Shown one piece after another: positions 56,537-64,000 of a stretch of 64,000 nucleotides of DNA; position 1 is the first letter of the stretch, and every line of letters begins with the position of its first letter. Source of the DNA: Macrostomum lignano (taxonomy: Eukaryota); assembly GCA_002269645.1 (NCBI GenBank), contig NIVC01000272.1:372001-436000 (forward strand), given 5' to 3'. The notes under the pieces are model-generated. The model was not told the origin of the DNA, searched no databases, and saw only the letters and a program-made list of their open reading frames with translations. The translations under genes were made by a program, and so were the position numbers.

Positions 56537-57736
56537 TTATTGTACCGTTGGAGATGGTAACATGTAGTCGGTATCTTCAAAGAGAGTATCACGTACGTTG
56601 ATACTGAAATCTGGTGTTAATTCTTCTACCGAAAATTTTGGTTCGATAGCCTGTTGTTCACTGGCCTGTGGTTCAATGGCCTGTGTGTACTGTCTATGCA
56701 CCTGCGTTGGCTGCCTTGGTGGAGCGGGTCGGCGTGGGTTGTAAGGTACCATCGTATTGTTAGGGCGGTTATCCCGCCATGGTGGTGGTCGATTATTCAT
56801 CCGATTTCTGTTTGGTGGATATTGTTGGTTTGGATAGCGTGACCAGTTTTCTCGTCTGTTTCCACCGGAATAATTTCGTGGTTGATTCTGGCGCAAGTTT
56901 TGGCGGCAATCTCTGTAGTAATGACCTACTCTTCCACAATTGTGACAAGTAACGTTTCGAGGGTTGCTTTGCTGCGGGCGCATTGCAATTGCTGCGGCTT
57001 GGTGTTGTTGCATAAGTTTGCTTAATTGTTCTGCTAATTGTGCGGTGTCACTAGTGCGGTTAGCTAGAAGAGGTGCGCTTGCCTCCCACTGCATTCCACA
57101 GCGGAGTAACTGTTCTTCTGTCTCAATTGTTTCTCGCAGGAGTCTATCTCGCAAGGCAGGTTGAGCGTTGTTAATGACATTAAGAATTAGACTTTGCTTT
57201 TGATCTGCAAGCCGTTGTCTTTCTCTAGCAGCTGCTTCTGCTGGTCCAAGGGGTTGAGCTGCTGCTGCTGGTTGCGGTTGCTGTTGATGCAAGGCTTTGA
57301 TGATTTGTCGAATATCATCGACAAAGGTGAGGAATGATTCCGTGGGTGTCATTTTCCGGTTATGTAATTTATGTAACAACACCGATCGATTGGTTCCGCA
57401 TCGTGCGAACTGTGTTCGAAGTTGGGTAATCATGGCATGGTAATCTCGTTGTGTAACTGCATCTAATTTTCCATAAATTTCTCGGGCTGTGCCTTGTAGC
57501 AATGGAGGGAGGAGTAGCGCCTTTTCTGGATTTTGTAATCCATATTCCCTTGATACCAAATCAAAGTGGTCAATGAAGGTCGCAAAATCTTTGTCCATAG
57601 TGTAAGATACGACTGTCTCTTCTTTGTCTCTCTTCTTGTCTATGACCTCTCTTCTCTCTCTCTCTCTACCTCTCTCTTTATCGATTTTCCTCCCCAGCGT
57701 TATCGCCTTTAAATATTTTGACGGCAATTCGGGCAA
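56537..57736 (-). CDS. gag: Ty3/Gypsy gag with CCHC zinc knuckle
   Basis: FIDHFDLVSREYG...LLQGTAREIY capsid-like segment, RKMTPTESFLTF, CHNCGRVGHYYRDC; the 5' end is affected by a GA-rich tract. Confidence 0.9.
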   Translation of the reverse strand: MPELPSKYLKAITLGRKIDKERGRERERREVIDKKRDKEETVVSYTMDKDFATFIDHFDLVSREYGLQNPEKALLLPPLLQGTAREIYGKLDAVTQRDYHAMITQLRTQFARCGTNRSVLLHKLHNRKMTPTESFLTFVDDIRQIIKALHQQQPQPAAAAQPLGPAEAAARERQRLADQKQSLILNVINNAQPALRDRLLRETIETEEQLLRCGMQWEASAPLLANRTSDTAQLAEQLSKLMQQHQAAAIAMRPQQSNPRNVTCHNCGRVGHYYRDCRQNLRQNQPRNYSGGNRRENWSRYPNQQYPPNRNRMNNRPPPWRDNRPNNTMVPYNPRRPAPPRQPTQVHRQYTQAIEPQASEQQAIEPKFSVEELTPDFSINVRDTLFEDTDYMLPSPTVQ

Positions 57737-57905
57737 ATAAACTATACTCGAATATGAGTACTTCCCTGACGAAGAGTAACCTTACTCGAAATATCGGTAA
57801 CATTAACTATTTCGAAGTAAATTGACTTTTATCAGTCCTTTCACCGTGTCAGCGCCTGGGATTGGATGTGCGTTCCTCTCTCTCTGTCTGCCTGTTTGTC
57901 TTGGT

Positions 57906-58262
<357 letters not shown>

Positions 58263-58833
58263 TTCGCCTCATTCCAATCAACTTGCAGAAGCTGAATGCT
58301 TTGAAATCTTAAAATAATACGAGTAGTTCTTTCGAATGAGTCAATGCTCTTGCACCGCTTCAACTGTAATCAGGTATTGATTTTCTGTTTTTCTTGACTT
58401 AAACTACTCGTCTTTGCATTTTTGCTCTCTGTCTCAGACCAAGGGACTTAGCTGAGGCGGCAGTTTGCATTCGAATTGCACATTTACTGCCAGTAGCTCC
58501 GCGGCCCAAAGCTCGTTGCAATTAATGTACAGTTGGTTTAGACAGAAGCCTCTTACATGTAAGTCGTTTCCCTTTATAAATTTACAAGGAAATTCTTTCC
58601 TCACAAAGCATTACTAATAAATAATACAATTTATTAACTTCTGGCGATTTGTGATTGCTTCCCTTTAATGCTCAATGGTACAGTGCTTGTTTTAGGGATT
58701 TTTAATACGCCATCATAACTGCACTCTTCCCCTCAAGCAGCTTCTCAATTCATGACAATTTGGCACATTGTATTATTCTCGAGCCTACTAGATATGCATA
58801 CTGAATAGAATACACTTGGACTGGCAATTAGCG

Positions 58834-61800
58834 CTGCGATTCAGTAACAGCAGTGATGCTTTTAAATCTGCGATTCAATAACAGCAGTGATGCTTTTAAA
58901 TCTGCGATTCAGTAACAGCAGTGATGCTTTTAAATCTGCGATTCAGTAACAGCAGTGATGCTTTTAAATCTGCGATTCAGTAACAGCAGTGATGCTTTTA
59001 AATCTGCGATTCAGTAACAGCAGTGATGCTTTTAAATCTGCGATTCAGTAACAGCAGTGATGCTTTTAAATCTGCGATTCAATAACAGCAGTGATGCTTT
59101 TAAATCTGCGATTCAATAACAGCAGTGATGCTTTTAAATCTGCGATTCAGTAACAGCAGTGATGCTTTTAAATCTGCGATTCAATAACAGCAGTGATGCT
59201 TTTAAATCTGCGATTCAGTAACAGCAGTGATGCTTTTAAATCTGCGATTCAGTAACAGCAGTGATGCTTTTAAATCTGCGATTCAGTAACAGCAGTGATG
59301 CTTTTAAATCTGCGATTCAGTAACAGCAGTGATGCTTTTAAATCTGCGATTCAGTAACAGCAGTGATGCTTTTAAATCTGCGATTCAGTAACAGCAGTGA
59401 TGCTTTTAAATCTGCGATTCAGTAACAGCAGTGATGCTTTTAAATCTGCGATTCAGTAACAGCAGTGATGCTTTTAAATCTGCGATTCAGTAACAGCAGT
59501 GATGCTTTTAAATCTGCGATTCAATAACAGCAGTGATGCTTTTAAATCTGCGATTCAATAACAGCAGTGATGCTTTTAAATCTGCGATTCAGTAACAGCA
59601 GTGATGCTTTTAAATCTGCGATTCAATAACAGCAGTGATGCTTTTAAATCTGCGATTCAATAACAGCAGTGATGCTTTTAAATCTGCGATTCAGTAACAG
59701 CAGTGATGCTTTTAAATCTGCGATTCAATAACAGCAGTGATGCTTTTAAATCTGCGATTCAATAACAGCAGTGATGCTTTTAAATCTGCGATTCAGTAAC
59801 AGCAGTGATGCTTTTAAATCTGCGATTCAGTAACAGCAGTGATGCTTTTAAATCTGCGATTCAATAACAGCAGTGATGCTTTTAAATCTGCGATTCAATA
59901 ACAGCAGTGATGCTTTTAAATCTGCGATTCAGTAACAGCAGTGATGCTTTTAAATCTGCGATTCAATAACAGCAGTGATGCTTTTAAATCTGCGATTCAA
60001 TAACAGCAGTGATGCTTTTAAATCTGCGATTCAATAACAGCAGTGATGCTTTTAAATCTGCGATTCAATAACAGCAGTGATGCTTTTAAATCTGCGATTC
60101 AATAACAGCAGTGATGCTTTTAAATCTGCGATTCAATAACAGCAGTGATGCTTTTAAATCTGCGATTCAATAACAGCAGTGATGCTTTTAAATCTGCGAT
60201 TCAGTAACAGCAGTGATGCTTTTAAATCTGCGATTCAATAACAGCAGTGATGCTTTTAAATCTGCGATTCAATAACAGCAGTGATGCTTTTAAATCTGCG
60301 ATTCAGTAACAGCAGTGATGCTTTTAAATCTGCGATTCAGTAACAGCAGTGATGCTTTTAAATCTGCGATTCAGTAACAGCAGTGATGCTTTTAAATCTG
60401 CGATTCAGTAACAGCAGTGATGCTTTTAAATCTGCGATTCAGTAACAGCAGTGATGCTTTTAAATCTGCGATTCAATAACAGCAGTGATGCTTTTAAATC
60501 TGCGATTCAATAACAGCAGTGATGCTTTTAAATCTGCGATTCAGTAACAGCAGTGATGCTTTTAAATCTGCGATTCAATAACAGCAGTGATGCTTTTAAA
60601 TCTGCGATTCAGTAACAGCAGTGATGCTTTTAAATCTGCGATTCAGTAACAGCAGTGATGCTTTTAAATCTGCGATTCAATAACAGCAGTGATGCTTTTA
60701 AATCTGCGATTCAGTAACAGCAGTGATGCTTTTAAATCTGCGATTCAGTAACAGCAGTGATGCTTTTAAATCTGCGATTCAATAACAGCAGTGATGCTTT
60801 TAAATCTGCGATTCAGTAACAGCAGTGATGCTTTTAAATCTGCGATTCAGTAACAGCAGTGATGCTTTTAAATCTGCGATTCAGCAGTGATGCTTTTAAA
60901 TCTGCGATTCAGTAACAGCAGTGATGCTTTTAAATCTGCGATTCAATAACAGCAGTGATGCTTTTAAATCTGCGATTCAGTAACAGCAGTGATGCTTTTA
61001 AATCTGCGATTCAGTAACAGCAGTGATGCTTTTAAATCTGCGATTCAGTAACACAGTGATGCTTTTAAATCTGCGATTCAGTAACAGCAGTGATGCTTTT
61101 AAATCTGCGATTCAATAACAGCAGTGATGCTTTTAAATCTGCGATTCAGTAACAGCAGTGATGCTTTTAAATCTGCGATTCAGTAACAGCAGTGATGCTT
61201 TTAAATCTGCGATTCAGTAACAGCAGTGATGCTTTTAAATCTGCGATTCAATAACAGCAGTGATGCTTTTAAATCTGCGATTCAGTAACAGCAGTGATGC
61301 TTTTAAATCTGCGATTCAATAACAGCAGTGATGCTTTTAAATCTGCGATTCAGTAACAGCAGTGATGCTTTTAAATCTGCGATTCAATAACACAGTGATG
61401 CTTTTAAATCTGCGATTCAGTAACAGCAGTGATGCTTTTAAATCTGCGATTCAATAACAGTGATGCTTTTAAATCTGCGATTCAATAACAGCAGTGATGC
61501 TTTTAAATCTGCGATTCAGTAACAGCAGTGATGCTTTTAAATCTGCGATTCAATAACAGCAGTGATGCTTTTAAATCTGCGATTCAGTAACAGCAGTGAT
61601 GCTTTTAAATCTGCGATTCAGTAACAGCAGTGATGCTTTTAAATCTGCGATTCAATAACAGCAGTGATGCTTTTAAATCTGCGATTCAGTAACAGCAGTG
61701 ATGCTTTTAAATCTGCGATTCAAACAGCAGTGATGCTTTTAAATCTGCGATTCAATAACAGCAGTGATGCTTTTAAATCTGCGATTCAGTAACAGCAGTG

Positions 61801-62368
61801 ATGCTTTTAAATCTGCGATTCAATAACAGCAGTGATGCTTTTAAATCTGCGATTCAATAACACCAGTGATGCTTTTAAATCTGCGATTCAGTAACAGCAG
61901 TGATGCTTTTAAATCTGCGATTCAATAACAGCAGTGATGCTTTTAAATCTGCGATTCAGTATATGCTTTTAAATCTGCGATTCAGTAACAGCAGTGATGC
62001 TTTTAAATCTGCGATTCAGTAACAGCAGTGATGCTTTTAAATCTGCGATTCAGTAACAGCAGTGATGCTTTTAAATCTGCGTGATGCTTTTAAATCTGCG
62101 ATTCAGTAACAGCAGTGATGCTTTTAAATCTGCGATTGCAGTGATGCTTTTAAATCTGCGATTCAGTAACAGCAGTGATGCTTTTAAATCTGCGATTCAG
62201 TAACAGCAGTGATGCTTTTAAATCTGCGATTGAGTAACAGCAGTGATGCTTTTAAATCTGCGATTGAGTAACAGCAGTGATGCTTTTAAATCTGCGATTC
62301 AGTAACAGCAGTGATGCTTTTAAATCTGCGATTCAGTAACAGCAGTGATGCTTTTAAATCTGCGATTC
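58834..62368. repeat. 34-bp satellite, about 104 copies
   Basis: TCTGCGATTCA(G/A)TAACAGCAGTGATGCTTTTAAA head-to-tail, with occasional shortened units near the right end. Confidence 0.98.
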
Positions 62369-63361
62369 GCCACGAACGCACGACAACGGGATTGATTTGG
62401 TTGCTAGGGACGCTAAGAATAATAGCACGAGAGACAATTCTGGTTGCTAGGGACGCCACGATTGTTGTGAGCCCCGTCCTCCGGAGCAACGCCTACAGCT
62501 TTAACCTGTCGGGAAGCTGCGACCCCCAGGTCCCCAGTCAGAGCTCCCGTCCCGCGCCCTAGGGAGAAGCAGAAAAAGGACAGTAACTCGCGAACACGAA
62601 CTTACACACCGTAGCCGATGCAGTTCGCCGTGCACTTTTTATGGTAGATCGACGAGTCGTTAATAGCCAACGGAGGCGGACCAACGCGCGCAAGGGAGGA
62701 GTCTGCCCTCCAGACAGCGACTATATATTTTTCATTGGTCCTACGCGTACATGAATATAACTTAAGAACAAATGTACGGTACAGCAGGGGAGGTGGGGCG
62801 GGGTGGCGTGATCGGCGTACGCATTGATTATTGATTGGAGGGGTGGGGCAGACTGGAGGGTTGGGGCGGGGCAGGAGGGCGAGAAAGGGCACGATTGCAC
62901 AACATCCTCCCCTCCTTAAAAAAGGCGAGTCACAAGAACAAAGACTGAATGGAGACAAAGACAGGATTCGATGAGTTGGACAGATACGACGGCGCAATGA
63001 GGATAAACGCGAATAATTTATAGCACGACAACGACATTTATGACGAACAGTCTTAGCGTTAGCAACATTCGAATAATGAAACACGAGTTTGACGCATATG
63101 AAAAATGTACGAGTGTTGAGAAAACGCATTTTGGACGATAAATGTTAGAGAAATAAACGCGAAAAATAAAAAAAGCAAGAACTTCAGTGTGACAACCGCA
63201 ACGAAACGAAAAAATTGCACCACTGTCTACCGATGTTACTTTAACTTCGAAGAATTTCTTGCGACATGAACGTAAAGCAACAGTTTAATAATGTCAAATT
63301 GTCAATTGAAAAAAAACATGAACCAAAAAGCATGATGAAAAATACACTAAAATGAAGTAAA

Positions 63362-63856
63362 TCAGGCCGAATGGGCTGCGCCGGACTCCTGCTCGACTCC
63401 AACACGACGGACACCCGACGATTCGCGAGCCGACTCGACGATTGGCACTCTGGCACCCGAAGTCGCTTGCTGACGCCGAAAACCGGTGATGTCGCTGAGG
63501 CCCTGGTCATCGCTGTCTGCCACCGTGGCTGCTGAACCTCCTTCGTTGGGCTGCACATGCCTCGCCAGCAGAAGTCCTTGTACCGCGACTCTCGGTCGTA
63601 CTGGAGATGTCCTGAGCGTTGTCACTGGCGCCGCTGATGTCTGCTGGAGCTTGCCTGACATCACCGCGATCCCGTCGACTTGTGCAAACCAGCCTCCGGC
63701 CGACTTGCTGACGCCGCATCCGCATCTCCCGCGCCGGTTCACTGTTCTCACGCTGGACGGATCCGTGGGTGCAGTCAGCTGCGCAGTGCCGCCTCCTGCC
63801 GGTACTTGATGCTCGACTCCTTGCCCTGGGTGTCCTTTGAGCCTGGCTTTCCCCAC
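63362..63856 (-). CDS. hypothetical ORF, GC-rich
   Basis: 164-aa open frame; no motif recognised; overlapping frames are also open. Confidence 0.2.
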   Translation of the reverse strand: MGKARLKGHPGQGVEHQVPAGGGTAQLTAPTDPSSVRTVNRRGRCGCGVSKSAGGWFAQVDGIAVMSGKLQQTSAAPVTTLRTSPVRPRVAVQGLLLARHVQPNEGGSAATVADSDDQGLSDITGFRRQQATSGARVPIVESARESSGVRRVGVEQESGAAHSA

Positions 63857-64000
63857 AACTCCCGAGGAACGAGCCGAGAAACCCCAACATGGGAACAGGG
63901 AGTGCAGCTTCCCGAGCAGGTGCCACCCACCGCTAAGCTCTCCAGCAAAGGCAAACCGATCTAGCCCGACTACTTCTGAACTAAACTAATACTAACTATA

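Noticed and set aside
56400-57000. Aspartic protease after gag
   Set aside because: No D-T/S-G motif in a hydrophobic context in the frames I read between gag and env or at the pol start.
58834-62368. CRISPR-like array (34-bp repeat)
   Set aside because: Units are head-to-tail with no unique spacers, no cas genes, and the context is eukaryotic.
62390-62460. Twice-repeated GGTTGCTAGGGACG (X-box-like)
   Set aside because: Only a half-site resemblance with no linked gene I can identify.

Overview
A eukaryotic (probably invertebrate) nest of mobile elements with no recognisable ordinary host gene. From left to right: (1) 1-3300, a decayed Polinton/Maverick (adintovirus-like) segment with pPolB N-terminus, a pX-like peptide, rve integrase and PLA2; (2) 5499-11964, a decayed Gypsy pol, then the 3' half of a second Ty3/Gypsy element (LTR, PPT, three double-RING genes, RNaseH-integrase); (3) 11965-27965, a 16.0 kb Polinton-type unit bounded by AGTAGT...ACTACT, encoding TBP-like, deoxynucleoside kinase, pPolB, dUTPase, PLA2 and packaging ATPase, with a multi-kb inverted duplication where integrase/capsid genes would be expected; (4) 27966-35000, fragments of another Gypsy family, orphan ORFs and minisatellites; (5) 35000-57736, three more copies of the RING cassette and a near-complete element reading gag - class III (gB/chuvirus-like) env - pol - RING-C - RING-B - RING-A - PPT - LTR on the minus strand, interrupted by a tyrosine-recombinase (Ngaro/DIRS) retroelement and local duplications; (6) 57900-64000, (TCTG)n, a 3.5 kb 34-bp satellite and unassigned sequence. 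The most striking candidate system is a retrovirus-like Gypsy element with an apparent gag-env-pol order and its own array of tandem-RING (putative E3 ligase) accessory genes. All protein calls are from motif recognition by eye, not database searches.
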